The position numbers and the translations under genes are program-made. This document shows positions 1 through 8,319 of a stretch of DNA of 64,000 nucleotides, piece after piece. This DNA comes from Actinomycetes bacterium. Its GTDB lineage: Bacteria; Actinomycetota; Acidimicrobiia; Acidimicrobiales; RAAP-2. Below the pieces are notes generated by a model that was given only the letters and a program-made list of their open reading frames with translations, ran no database searches and was not told the origin of the DNA. The DNA lies in the NCBI GenBank assembly GCA_021801235.1, contig JAJYYG010000054.1:2794-66793 (forward strand), in the 5' to 3' direction. Positions within the stretch are counted from its first letter, which is position 1. Each line of letters begins with the position of its first letter.

Positions 1-598
1 CCGCGTGGGCGATCTCCATCGCCTCGCGCATCCCGGACTTGGCGACCGGCTGCTCCCAGAGGTATCCCTCGAGGTAGACCACCTGGGCGGACGACAGGTG
101 GTCGCGCTGGAGGTCCGCCGGCCCGAGCTCGGCGGAGACCCCGAGGTGGGTAGCCATGGTCCGCTCCGCATCCTCGGTGACCAGCACCAGGCAGTGGCCG
201 GTCCCCGACTCCCCCGTTCCGGGAAGGGCCGGCGCGGGATCGAAAGCCACCCCGACCGCCCGGATGTCGTGGGTGAACGCCATGCCCAGCGGATCGTCCG
301 CCACCCGGCCAACGAACGCGGCCCGGCCTCCGAGGGAGGCGATCCCGGCCACCGTGTTGGCGGCGGAGCCCCCGGACGCCTCGGTCGTCTCGCCCATCGT
401 GGCGTAGATCGCCTCGGCACGGTCCCGGTCGACCAGGGCCATGGTGCCCTTGGCCAGCCCGAGCTGGTCGAGCTCGGAATCGGTCGCCCGGGCCAGGACG
501 TCCACCAGGGCGTTCCCCACCGCCACCACGTCGAAGCGGGGGCCCGGCGGCTCGTCGCGGTTGGGACCGGTCGTCTCGGCTGCGTGTTCGTTCTGCAC
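1..598 (-). CDS. PfkB-family carbohydrate/adenosine kinase (C-terminal part runs off the left window edge)
   Basis: Not in the ORF track because there is no stop inside the window. My reverse-strand translation from GTG at 598 reads VQNEHAAETTGPNRDEPPGPRFDVVAVGNALVDVLARATDSELDQLGLAKGTMALVDRDRAEAIYATMGETTEASGGSAANTVAGIASLGGRAAFVGRVADDPLGMAFTHDIRAVGV... and stays open to position 1. GNALVD and SGGSAANT are typical of the ribokinase/adenosine-kinase fold. Track ORF 5..625 (+) is its Arg/Gly-rich antisense shadow. Confidence 0.75.
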   Translation of the reverse strand, partial: MQNEHAAETTGPNRDEPPGPRFDVVAVGNALVDVLARATDSELDQLGLAKGTMALVDRDRAEAIYATMGETTEASGGSAANTVAGIASLGGRAAFVGRVADDPLGMAFTHDIRAVGVAFDPAPALPGTGESGTGHCLVLVTEDAERTMATHLGVSAELGPADLQRDHLSSAQVVYLEGYLWEQPVAKSGMREAMEIAHA

Positions 599-621
599 GG
601 TGCGACGGTAGCCTGCCCGGC

Positions 622-3246
622 ATGAGCGCTCCGACCGACGACCCTTCCACCGAGGCGGCCTCCGGGCCCGGAGCGGACCGCGCCGACGCGTACCGCCTGC
701 CGGCCGGGGTGCGCCCGTCCCGCTACCGCCTCGTCCTCGCCCCCGACCTCGAGGCCGCCACCTTCGGCGGCACGGTCGACATCGACGTCGAGGTCGACGA
801 GCCGGTGCGGTCGGTCACCTTGAACGCCGCCGAGCTCGACATCTCCTCTGCCACCCTGCACGTTGCCGAACGGGACCAGGACGTCGCCCCGGAGACGATC
901 CGGCTCGATGAGGAGGAGGAGCGGGCCGTCCTCACCTTCGGCGAACCGGTCCCCGCGGGGCCGGCCACGCTCCACCTCGAGTTCCGCGGCATCCTCAACG
1001 ACAAGCTCCACGGCTTCTACCGCTCGACCTTCCGGGACGACGACGGCGTCACCCGGGTCGTCGCCACCACCCAGATGGAGGCCACCGACGCCCGGCGCGC
1101 CTTCCCCTGCTGGGACGAGCCGGACCGCAAGGCCGTCTTCGAGGTCACCCTGGTGGTCGACGAAGGAGCGCACGCCTACTCCAACGGCCCGATCGTCGAG
1201 GAGACACCCGGGCCGGAGGGAACGCGGCGGATCCGCTTCGCCCCCACCATGCCGATGTCCACCTACCTGGTGGCGTTCGTCGTGGGCCCGCTCGAGGCCA
1301 CCGATCCGGTCGACGTCGACGGGGTGCCGCTGCGGATCGTCCACGCACCGGGCAAGGCCTCCCTCGCCCCGTTCGCCCTCGAGGTCGGCGCCCACGCCCT
1401 GCGGTTCTTCACCGACTACTTCGGCATCCCGTACCCGGCCGACAAGCTCGACCTGGTGGCCATCCCCGACTTCGCCTTCGGCGCCATGGAGAACCTGGGG
1501 TGCGTCACCTTCCGCGAGTCGGTGCTGCTGGTCGACCCGGCCCAGGCGGCACGCACCGAGCTCGAGCGGGTAGCGGACGTGGTCTGCCACGAGATCGCCC
1601 ACATGTGGTTCGGGGACCTCGTCACCATGAAGTGGTGGAACGGCATCTGGCTCAACGAGGCCTTCGCCACCTTCATGGAGGTGCTCGCCGTGGACGCGTT
1701 CCGCCCGTCATGGCACCGCTGGGTCAGCTTCGGCGTCGAGCGTGAGGCGGCGATGGCCGTCGACGGCCTGCATGCCACCCGGCCGGTCGAGTTCCCGGTC
1801 GGGCGGCCCGAGGAGGCCCAGGGTATGTTCGACGTGCTCACCTACCAGAAGGGCGGGAGCGTGCTCCGCATGTTGGAGCAGTACCTCGGCCCCGACGTCT
1901 TCCGCGACGGGATCCGCGGGTACCTCACCGAGCACCGCTACGGCAACACCGAGACCACCGACCTCTGGGACGCGCTCGAGCAGGCCAGCGGCAGGCCGGT
2001 CCGGGACATCATGACCACCTGGATCGACCAGGGCGGCTACCCGCTGGTGCGCGTGGACGCGGACGGGAACCTCACCCAGTCCCCGTTCTCCTATCGCGGC
2101 ACCCCGGGTGGCGCCATCGGCTCGGCATGGAAGGTGCCGGTCCTCACCCGCCCCCTCGGGGATGGCGACCCCGGCCCCGGGTCCCTCCTGCTCGACGGCC
2201 CGGGCCGTACGGCAGAGGGCGTCGCCCGCGGTCAGGTGGTGAACGCCGGGGGATCGGGCTTCTACCGGGTGGCGTACCCGGCGCCCATGGTGGAGGCGCT
2301 GGCGAAGGCGGTGGGCACCCTCGCCCCGCTGGAGCGTTACAACCTCGTGTCCGACACCTGGGCCGCCGCCTTGGCCGGCCAGGGTCCCGTGGCTGACGTC
2401 CTCCGGCTCGCCGATGCCCTCGCCGCCTCCGGCGAGGGCGATCCCAGTGTCTGGTCGGTCGTCTTCGGCGCCTTCGGCCTCTTCGACCGGGTCATCCCCG
2501 ACAAGGACCGTCCGGCGCTGGCCGGTGCCGTCCGGTCCCTGTTCGGCCCCCTGGTGGCGACCCTCGGCTGGGATCCCCGCCCCGAGGACACCGAACGGAC
2601 CCCGATGCTGCGGGCGGCGGTGTTGCGGGCGCTCGGCACTGTCGGTGAGGACGGTGGGGTGCGCGACGAAGCGCGACGGCGGTTCGATCTGGCCGGCGGG
2701 GGTGGGCCGGCCCTCGACGCGGACACCGAGTCCGCGGTCCTCGACATCGTGGCCGCGGGAGGCGGCGCCGACGAGTTCGACCGGTTCCTGGCGCGGTACC
2801 GCTCCCCCGCCACCCCCCAGGAGGAGAACCGCTACCTGTACGCGCTGGCCTCGTTCGACCAGGCGCAGCTCGCGGGGCGCGCCTTCGACCTGGCCATGGG
2901 CGAGGTGCGCACGCAGAACGCGCCCTTTGTGCTCCAGGCGTTGATCGCCAACCGCGTGACCGGACCGGAGACCTGGCAACGGGTCGTGGACCGCTGGGAC
3001 GAGCTGGTGGAACGGTTCCCGGCGAACATCCTCCCCCGGATGCTCGACGGCGTGCGCACGTTGTGCAGCCCACCGTCGCTCGCCGAAGAGGTGACCGCGT
3101 TCGTCCGGAGCCACCCCCTGCCCGCAGGCGGTCGGACCGTCGAGCAGATCCTCGAGCGCCTGGACGTCAACGTGGCGTTCGGCCGGCGCGAGGGCGAGGG
3201 GCTCGCTGACCTCCTGGTGGACCGGTTCGGGACCGGGGAGGCCTGA
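622..3246 (+). CDS. pepN: Aminopeptidase N (M1 zinc metallopeptidase)
   Basis: 874 aa. Has the GAMEN exopeptidase motif (FAFGAMENLGCVTF) and the HEIAHMWFGD...WLNEAFA zinc site (HEXXH-18-E), plus a long ERAP1-like C-terminal domain. Confidence 0.95.
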   Translation: MSAPTDDPSTEAASGPGADRADAYRLPAGVRPSRYRLVLAPDLEAATFGGTVDIDVEVDEPVRSVTLNAAELDISSATLHVAERDQDVAPETIRLDEEEERAVLTFGEPVPAGPATLHLEFRGILNDKLHGFYRSTFRDDDGVTRVVATTQMEATDARRAFPCWDEPDRKAVFEVTLVVDEGAHAYSNGPIVEETPGPEGTRRIRFAPTMPMSTYLVAFVVGPLEATDPVDVDGVPLRIVHAPGKASLAPFALEVGAHALRFFTDYFGIPYPADKLDLVAIPDFAFGAMENLGCVTFRESVLLVDPAQAARTELERVADVVCHEIAHMWFGDLVTMKWWNGIWLNEAFATFMEVLAVDAFRPSWHRWVSFGVEREAAMAVDGLHATRPVEFPVGRPEEAQGMFDVLTYQKGGSVLRMLEQYLGPDVFRDGIRGYLTEHRYGNTETTDLWDALEQASGRPVRDIMTTWIDQGGYPLVRVDADGNLTQSPFSYRGTPGGAIGSAWKVPVLTRPLGDGDPGPGSLLLDGPGRTAEGVARGQVVNAGGSGFYRVAYPAPMVEALAKAVGTLAPLERYNLVSDTWAAALAGQGPVADVLRLADALAASGEGDPSVWSVVFGAFGLFDRVIPDKDRPALAGAVRSLFGPLVATLGWDPRPEDTERTPMLRAAVLRALGTVGEDGGVRDEARRRFDLAGGGGPALDADTESAVLDIVAAGGGADEFDRFLARYRSPATPQEENRYLYALASFDQAQLAGRAFDLAMGEVRTQNAPFVLQALIANRVTGPETWQRVVDRWDELVERFPANILPRMLDGVRTLCSPPSLAEEVTAFVRSHPLPAGGRTVEQILERLDVNVAFGRREGEGLADLLVDRFGTGEA

Positions 3247-3659
3247 CCCGCCCGCACGGCACGGCCTGACCCGAGAGCACAGCGGACCGGGTCTCGGAGG
3301 CTCCTGAAGGAGAGGTGGTCCAGCAACCGGTCAATCCGCAGGATGGCGTAGGGCACGTTCACGGGGGTCCCCGGGAGTCGCCCTGGGAGCTGATCCGCCC
3401 CTCGTACTTCCTGGATCCCCCAGTGCTGGCCTGGCTCCGGACCCGGTTCTTTCGTCCTCCCCATGGATGACGTACGAAGTGGGTGATCGTGGGCTCCACC
3501 TTGAGCCAGAGCCGGTGGCAGCCGACTCGGCGCTCGGAACGGCGCGCGATCTCGGTGGAGGAAAGAAGGGCGAGCCTGATTCCCAGGAACCAATTCGATG
3601 GTCAGATGGCCAACGCGGGCTCAGGCATCGTCGCCTGGGCCGAGATCCCCCTGGGCCGG

Positions 3660-3917
3660 CTAGATGCCGACGAGGTACTTCGAGGACACCTTGGCGGATC
3701 CGTCGAAGTAGTTGGCGTGGGTAAGACGGACGGTGTCGAGCGAGTCTGAGCCGATCAGGACGATGTCGACCAGGTCCCGGTCCCGGAACTCATCCTCCTT
3801 CGCCGCATACGCGGCGACAGCCCGATCGCTCTCGATGCCGAACTCGATCTCCTCGATGAGCTTTCCAGCTGCGTGATCGAAGACGAGGAGGAAGTGCTTG
3901 ATGGGCTGGGATGTCAT
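3660..3917 (-). CDS. 85-aa acidic protein, candidate antitoxin or partner of the upstream RelA/SpoT-domain gene
   Basis: Its ATG overlaps the stop of the upstream gene in ATGA (3914-3917). The protein is Asp/Glu-rich (MTSQPIKHFLLVFDHAAGKLIEEIEFGIESDR...). GC is visibly lower than in the flanking genes. I recognise no family. Confidence 0.55.
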   Translation of the reverse strand: MTSQPIKHFLLVFDHAAGKLIEEIEFGIESDRAVAAYAAKEDEFRDRDLVDIVLIGSDSLDTVRLTHANYFDGSAKVSSKYLVGI

Positions 3918-4645
3918 GTGCTTCCTCCTGTCAGGTACGGGTTCGCGAGCTTCCTGAGGGACTTGATTCTATCCACCTGCACCTGCGGGACGACCGCCCC
4001 GTACTCCTCGGTCGCCATCGCCTCGGAAATGGCCTCCATGAGGTCGAGGACCTCGGCCGGCCCTCGGCCGCTCTTGAGGTCGGACCCGATCCGGCCGCTG
4101 AGTCGCTCGACCGTAATGGCCCATTCGTGCATCACCGTGGTGCGTAGCTGGATCTCGATCAACCGTCCGTCATACTCGACGATCACGTGAACGCCACGGT
4201 ACCCCGATGATTTGGGCGTCGTGATGTAGTCGTCGTAGCCGACGGGCGGCCTGTTCCTCCTGAGCCGACGCTCCACCCGACGGATTTCGTCGATGCTGGT
4301 GAGCACTGCCCTGCATCCGCCGATGTCCTGCATTGCGCTGAGCCGCATCGTCGGGTGCAGGTCGAGCTTCGCGAGGATTGTGGGTGCCCTTTTGAGACGC
4401 TGGGACACCTCCACTCGACACCGCTCGGTGGTGACCATCGACCGCAGTCCCATGTTCGCCTTGCTCAGGGGGTACTGATGGGCGGCCCGGTAGGCGAACA
4501 GAACCTCGGCGGCGCGGAGGAGCTTGTCTCCGACTTCAGCGTCAGTCAGCCCTCTCAGGTCACCGTGCCGGTAGCGCCTGATCATGCTGCCCGCTTTGTC
4601 GACCTGGGACTTTGATGGACATGCTGGCCGTTGGACCACGCTCAA
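3914..4645 (-). CDS. Single-domain RelA/SpoT-family nucleotide pyrophosphokinase (small alarmone synthetase / toxSAS-like)
   Basis: 243 aa, basic. Synthetase-domain motifs are RLKRAPTILAKL, MQDIGGCRAV, SSGYRGVHVIV and IEIQLRTTVMHEWA. No HD hydrolase, TGS or ACT regions. The track start is TTG at 4645; GTG at 4639 is an alternative. Confidence 0.8.
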   Translation of the reverse strand: MSVVQRPACPSKSQVDKAGSMIRRYRHGDLRGLTDAEVGDKLLRAAEVLFAYRAAHQYPLSKANMGLRSMVTTERCRVEVSQRLKRAPTILAKLDLHPTMRLSAMQDIGGCRAVLTSIDEIRRVERRLRRNRPPVGYDDYITTPKSSGYRGVHVIVEYDGRLIEIQLRTTVMHEWAITVERLSGRIGSDLKSGRGPAEVLDLMEAISEAMATEEYGAVVPQVQVDRIKSLRKLANPYLTGGST

Positions 4646-4883
4646 CCCTAGCCAGCGAGCTCCGGGGGCAACCTCGGGGGCTCCTCAGGGGGAGATGGTC
4701 CTGCGGCCGGTCGGCCCGTCGGCAGGGGGTAGGACCCCCGCAGCAGCGCGCCGAGCAAGCTACGGGGGTCCTCGGGCCGGACTGGACATTCGAACAACCG
4801 ATCGCCGAGGCCAATTCTGGCCAACCTGCCCGCGGATCGCGAATCGAGCAGCGACTGCTTCAGGAGTCTCCTAGCCTTGCCCG

Positions 4884-5471
4884 GTGGACCTGGGCGTGAC
4901 GCTGACCGTGTTCGCGCTCATCCTCGTGGCGGAGATCCCCGACAAGACGATGATCGCCATGCTCATCATGGGGAGCCGCAGCCGGCCGTTGTGGGTCTGG
5001 CTCGGGGCGGTCTCGGCGTTCACCGTGCACGTGGCGGTGGCGGTGGCGGTGGGCCATCTCATCGAGCGGCTCCCTCGTCACTGGGTCGAGGGGATCACCG
5101 CGCTGATCTTTGCCGCCGGAGCGGCGTACCTGCTCCTGGTGCCGGAGAAGGTTGCGGAGGAGGCCGGCGAGGAGGAGGCCGACGGTGCCGACCGTGCGCT
5201 CAAGACGTTCGGTGCGTCGTTCGCCGTGATCATCGTGGGGGAGTTCGGCGACCTCACCCAGATCCTCACCGCCAACTTGGCCGCCAAGTACCACTCCGCC
5301 CTGTCCGTCTTCGTCGGCGCCCTGGCCGGCCTCGCCGCCGCCTCGGCGGTGGGCGCCTTCGGCGGCAAGGCACTCCTCCGGGTCATGCCGCTCTCCGCCA
5401 TCAGGAAGGCCGGCGGCGTGCTGCTCGCCGGGTTCGCCGTCTACACCCTGGTGACGCTCCTCGGAGGGTGA
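4884..5471 (+). CDS. UPF0016 / GDT1 / TMEM165-family cation (Mn2+/Ca2+) transporter
   Basis: 195 aa and hydrophobic, built of two repeats. Each repeat carries the E-x-G-D-(K/L)-T signature (AEIPDKT and GEFGDLT). GTG start. Confidence 0.85.
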   Translation: MDLGVTLTVFALILVAEIPDKTMIAMLIMGSRSRPLWVWLGAVSAFTVHVAVAVAVGHLIERLPRHWVEGITALIFAAGAAYLLLVPEKVAEEAGEEEADGADRALKTFGASFAVIIVGEFGDLTQILTANLAAKYHSALSVFVGALAGLAAASAVGAFGGKALLRVMPLSAIRKAGGVLLAGFAVYTLVTLLGG

Positions 5472-5496
5472 CCCGGCACGGTCGGCGCGTCCACCG

Positions 5497-6300
5497 GTGC
5501 CCCGGGGGGGCGGTGCTTCGGCCGGCTCCCGTCCCCGCTCCGGTCCCCGGGCTCCGGGACCCCGGGTCCGGCCGGCCGCCGGGCCGTGCCAGGCTGGGGC
5601 GGTGCATCCCGACTCGCCCACCCCCACGGAACGATCCCGCACCTCCCCGACCGCCGGGGCCGGCGACCGACGGGCGAGGCTGGTGGAGCTCGCCCGGGCG
5701 GCCACCGGGTTCATGCCGGACGACGAAGGCGAGGCGCTCCTGGCGGCGGCCCTCCGGGCGGGTGAGGCGTTCCCCGACGCCACCTTCGTGGAGATCGGCG
5801 CGTGGTGCGGCAAGTCGACGGTCTACCTGGGGGCGGCGGCGGAGGCGACCGGGGCCGTCCTCTTCAGCCTCGACCACCACCACGGTTCGGAGGAGAACCA
5901 GGCAGGATGGGAGCACCACGACCCTACCCTGGTCGACCCGGCCAGCGGGCGTATCGACACCCTCCCCCGCTGGCGACGGACCGTGATGGGCGCCGACCTC
6001 GAGCGGTCGGTGGTCGGCCTGGTCGGGGACTCCCCGGTGGTGTCCTCCCGCTGGACCACGCCGCTCGCCCTCTGCTTCATCGACGGAGGCCACGGGGAGG
6101 AGCCGGCGTGGGCCGACTTCCGGGGCTGGTCGCCCCACGTCGCCGAGGGGGCCTGGCTGGCCATCCACGACGTGTTCCCCGACCCGGCGGACGGGGGGAG
6201 ACCGCCGTACGACCTGTGGTGCCATGCGCTCGACTCGGGGGCCTTCGTCGAGGACGGCGAGACGGGGTCCCTGCGGATCCTCCGACGGGTGGGCCGCTGA
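5497..6300 (+). CDS. Class I SAM-dependent methyltransferase (O-methyltransferase / Methyltransf_24-like)
   Basis: The C-terminal ~220 aa look like a Rossmann methyltransferase (FVEIGAWCGKSTVYL, CFIDGGH, LAIHDV). The N-terminal ~35 aa of the track ORF are Arg/Pro-rich, so the real start may be the in-frame GTG at 5602. Confidence 0.7.
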   Translation: MPRGGGASAGSRPRSGPRAPGPRVRPAAGPCQAGAVHPDSPTPTERSRTSPTAGAGDRRARLVELARAATGFMPDDEGEALLAAALRAGEAFPDATFVEIGAWCGKSTVYLGAAAEATGAVLFSLDHHHGSEENQAGWEHHDPTLVDPASGRIDTLPRWRRTVMGADLERSVVGLVGDSPVVSSRWTTPLALCFIDGGHGEEPAWADFRGWSPHVAEGAWLAIHDVFPDPADGGRPPYDLWCHALDSGAFVEDGETGSLRILRRVGR

Positions 6301-6370
6301 CGGCCGGGGCACGACCGGTCCGGGCGGCCGAGCACCCCGACAGGCGGTCAGGCCTCGCGTCCCGCAGCGG

Positions 6371-7471
6371 TCACTCGGGCATGCCCGCCCTCCCGGGGAG
6401 AGCGGGCTCCACCGGTGCCCCCGGGGCAGGCTCGGTGAGGTCGAGATGGGTCGGCAGGCCCTCGCCGCGGAACAGGCCCGACGCGGGGGTCGCCCGCCCG
6501 AGCGCGTCGGCGGCCAGCACCATGGCCCCCGCCGTGTACGTCGACCGTTCCAGCGGGGGGTAGGTCGCCTCCTCCGGGTAGACCATCCCCGTCCAGTAGG
6601 TGCCGTCCTCGTTCCGGAGGGCCTGGGCCCAGGCCAGCAGGTCCCGGGCCTCCCCGTCGCGCTCCAGCGCGTCCAGCGCCAGGACGCACTCCGCCGTCTC
6701 CGCCGCGGTGACCCACTCGCCGGTCGAGACACACCGCACCCCGAACCCCTCCATCACGAACGCGTCCCACGACCGGTCGATCAGCGCGTGGGCGGCGGCG
6801 CCGGTCACCGCGCCCGACAGCACCGGGTAGTACCAGTCCATGGCGAACTCCACCTTCGGGGCGAAGGCCGCCGGGTCGTGGGCGACAGCGTGCGCCAGCC
6901 GGCCGGCGGCGAACTCCCAGTCCGGCCGCTCGTGCCCGAGCGCTTCGGCCGTGGCGACGGCGCACCGGAGGCTGTGGTAGATCGACGAGGAACCGGTCAG
7001 GAGGGCGTACTCCTCCCGCCGTCCGGAGGCGTCGAGCGACCACGAGATGGAGCCGTCCGGTCGTTGCCAGCGTAGGACGAAGTCGATCCCCGCGGCCACC
7101 GCCGGCCAGAGCGACTCGAGACCGGCGGCGTCCCCGGTGGAGACGTACCGGTGCCACGCCCCGGCGGCGAGGTAGGCGCAGACGTTGGTGTCGAGCCTCG
7201 GGTCCTTGATGCCGTGCGCCAGGTAGTAGTTGAACCAGCTCCCGTCGGGGAGCTGGTTGTCGACCAGCCACCGGTAGGCGCGGTCGGCCTCGTCGTCGAA
7301 GCCGCAGGCGGTGAGGGCCATCGCCGCCTCGACGTGGTTCCACGGGTCGCAGTGCCCGCCCGGGAACCAGGGGATCATCCCGTCGGCGCGCTGGACGTCG
7401 GCGATCGAACGGGCGGTCGCCAGCACCTGTGCGGCGGTGAGGATGCCCGGGACCTCCGGGACCGCCCTCAT
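6371..7471 (-). CDS. Prenyltransferase / squalene-oxidase-repeat (alpha-alpha toroid, terpene-cyclase-like) protein
   Basis: Re-called start at the ATG at 7471 (MRAVPEVPG...), residue 158 of track ORF 6371..7942. Repeated DG-aromatic motifs are QRADGMIPWF, QLPDGSWFNY, QRPDGSISWS and NEDGTYWTG. The ATG overlaps the upstream stop in ATGA (7468-7471). Confidence 0.65.
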   Translation of the reverse strand: MRAVPEVPGILTAAQVLATARSIADVQRADGMIPWFPGGHCDPWNHVEAAMALTACGFDDEADRAYRWLVDNQLPDGSWFNYYLAHGIKDPRLDTNVCAYLAAGAWHRYVSTGDAAGLESLWPAVAAGIDFVLRWQRPDGSISWSLDASGRREEYALLTGSSSIYHSLRCAVATAEALGHERPDWEFAAGRLAHAVAHDPAAFAPKVEFAMDWYYPVLSGAVTGAAAHALIDRSWDAFVMEGFGVRCVSTGEWVTAAETAECVLALDALERDGEARDLLAWAQALRNEDGTYWTGMVYPEEATYPPLERSTYTAGAMVLAADALGRATPASGLFRGEGLPTHLDLTEPAPGAPVEPALPGRAGMPE

Positions 7472-8319
7472 CCGCCCGAGCCCACCGTCGACGCCCGGCG
7501 CTGGGGTGTGCCGGGCCCGCCCTCCCCCGGCGCGACCTCGCTCGCCGCCGCCCGGGGCACGATCGACCTGGCGCCGGACAGCGGGGCGATTGGGGGTCCG
7601 TCCGGCGACGGCTTGGCCAGGTACACCACCAGGCTCTTGCCGACCAGCGGGTTGAGCACCCGATCCGTCCACCGGGTGAGCTTCGGTGCCTTGGTGATGT
7701 CCCACACCAGCAGCCGGTGGTAGGCGGCGACCGCCGGGTGGTCCTCGTTGGTCGTCCCCACCAGGCAGCGGAGCCACCAGTAGGGGGCGTGCAGCCCGTG
7801 GGCGTGGGCGTGGGCGGTCGCCACCATGCCGGCGGACTCCAGCCGCCCGACCAGCTGGCTCCGGCGGTAGATGCGCACGTGGCCGCCGGGGACGTCGTGG
7901 TACTCGTCGGAGAGGGCCCAGTTGACGAACTCGGGGCCGCAACGGGGAACGGTCACCGCCATCGTCCCCCCGGGCCGCAGGACCCGTGCCAGCTCGTCGA
8001 TGGCCACCTGGTCGGCGGGGATGTGCTCGAGGACCTCGGAGGCGATCACCCGGTCGAAGGCGCCGTCGGGGAACGGGAGCCGGAGGGCGTCCCCCCGGAC
8101 CGCCCCCACCCGGGCGCGCTCCGCGTCGAGCTCCCCGGCGTCGGCCATGGCCCCGAACGTGTCACGCACGGCGCGGACCTCGTCCGCTCCGGCGTCGAAC
8201 GCCACCACCTCGGCCCCGAGGCGGGCGGCCTGGAAGGCGTGGCGCCCGAACCCGCAGCCGAGGTCGAGGAGCCGGTCGCCCGGCCGCACCCCCAACCTGG
8301 CATAGTCGACGGTCAGCAC
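7468..8319 (-). CDS. SAM-dependent methyltransferase (Methyltransf_11 type)
   Basis: Re-called start at the GTG at 8319 (VLTVDYARLG...) inside track ORF 7468..9501. Motif I is LLDLGCGFGRHA, with post-I AFDAG and RPGGTMAV. The start overlaps the end of the upstream glycosyltransferase (GTGCTGA). Confidence 0.85.
   Translation of the reverse strand: MLTVDYARLGVRPGDRLLDLGCGFGRHAFQAARLGAEVVAFDAGADEVRAVRDTFGAMADAGELDAERARVGAVRGDALRLPFPDGAFDRVIASEVLEHIPADQVAIDELARVLRPGGTMAVTVPRCGPEFVNWALSDEYHDVPGGHVRIYRRSQLVGRLESAGMVATAHAHAHGLHAPYWWLRCLVGTTNEDHPAVAAYHRLLVWDITKAPKLTRWTDRVLNPLVGKSLVVYLAKPSPDGPPIAPLSGARSIVPRAAASEVAPGEGGPGTPQRRASTVGSGG

Noticed and set aside
5-625. Track ORF 5..625 (+, 206 aa) as a real gene upstream of pepN.
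   Set aside because: It is antisense to a clearly PfkB-kinase-like reading frame that is open from 598 to the window edge. Its own translation is Arg/Gly/His-rich with no motifs.
3303-3473. A 56-codon GTG ORF immediately after an AAGGAGAG motif, downstream of pepN.
   Set aside because: The SD-like motif abuts the GTG with essentially no spacing. The peptide (VVQQPVNPQDGVGHVHGGPRESPWELIRPSYFLDPPVLAWLRTRFFRPPHG) has no recognisable features. I treat it only as possible gene debris.
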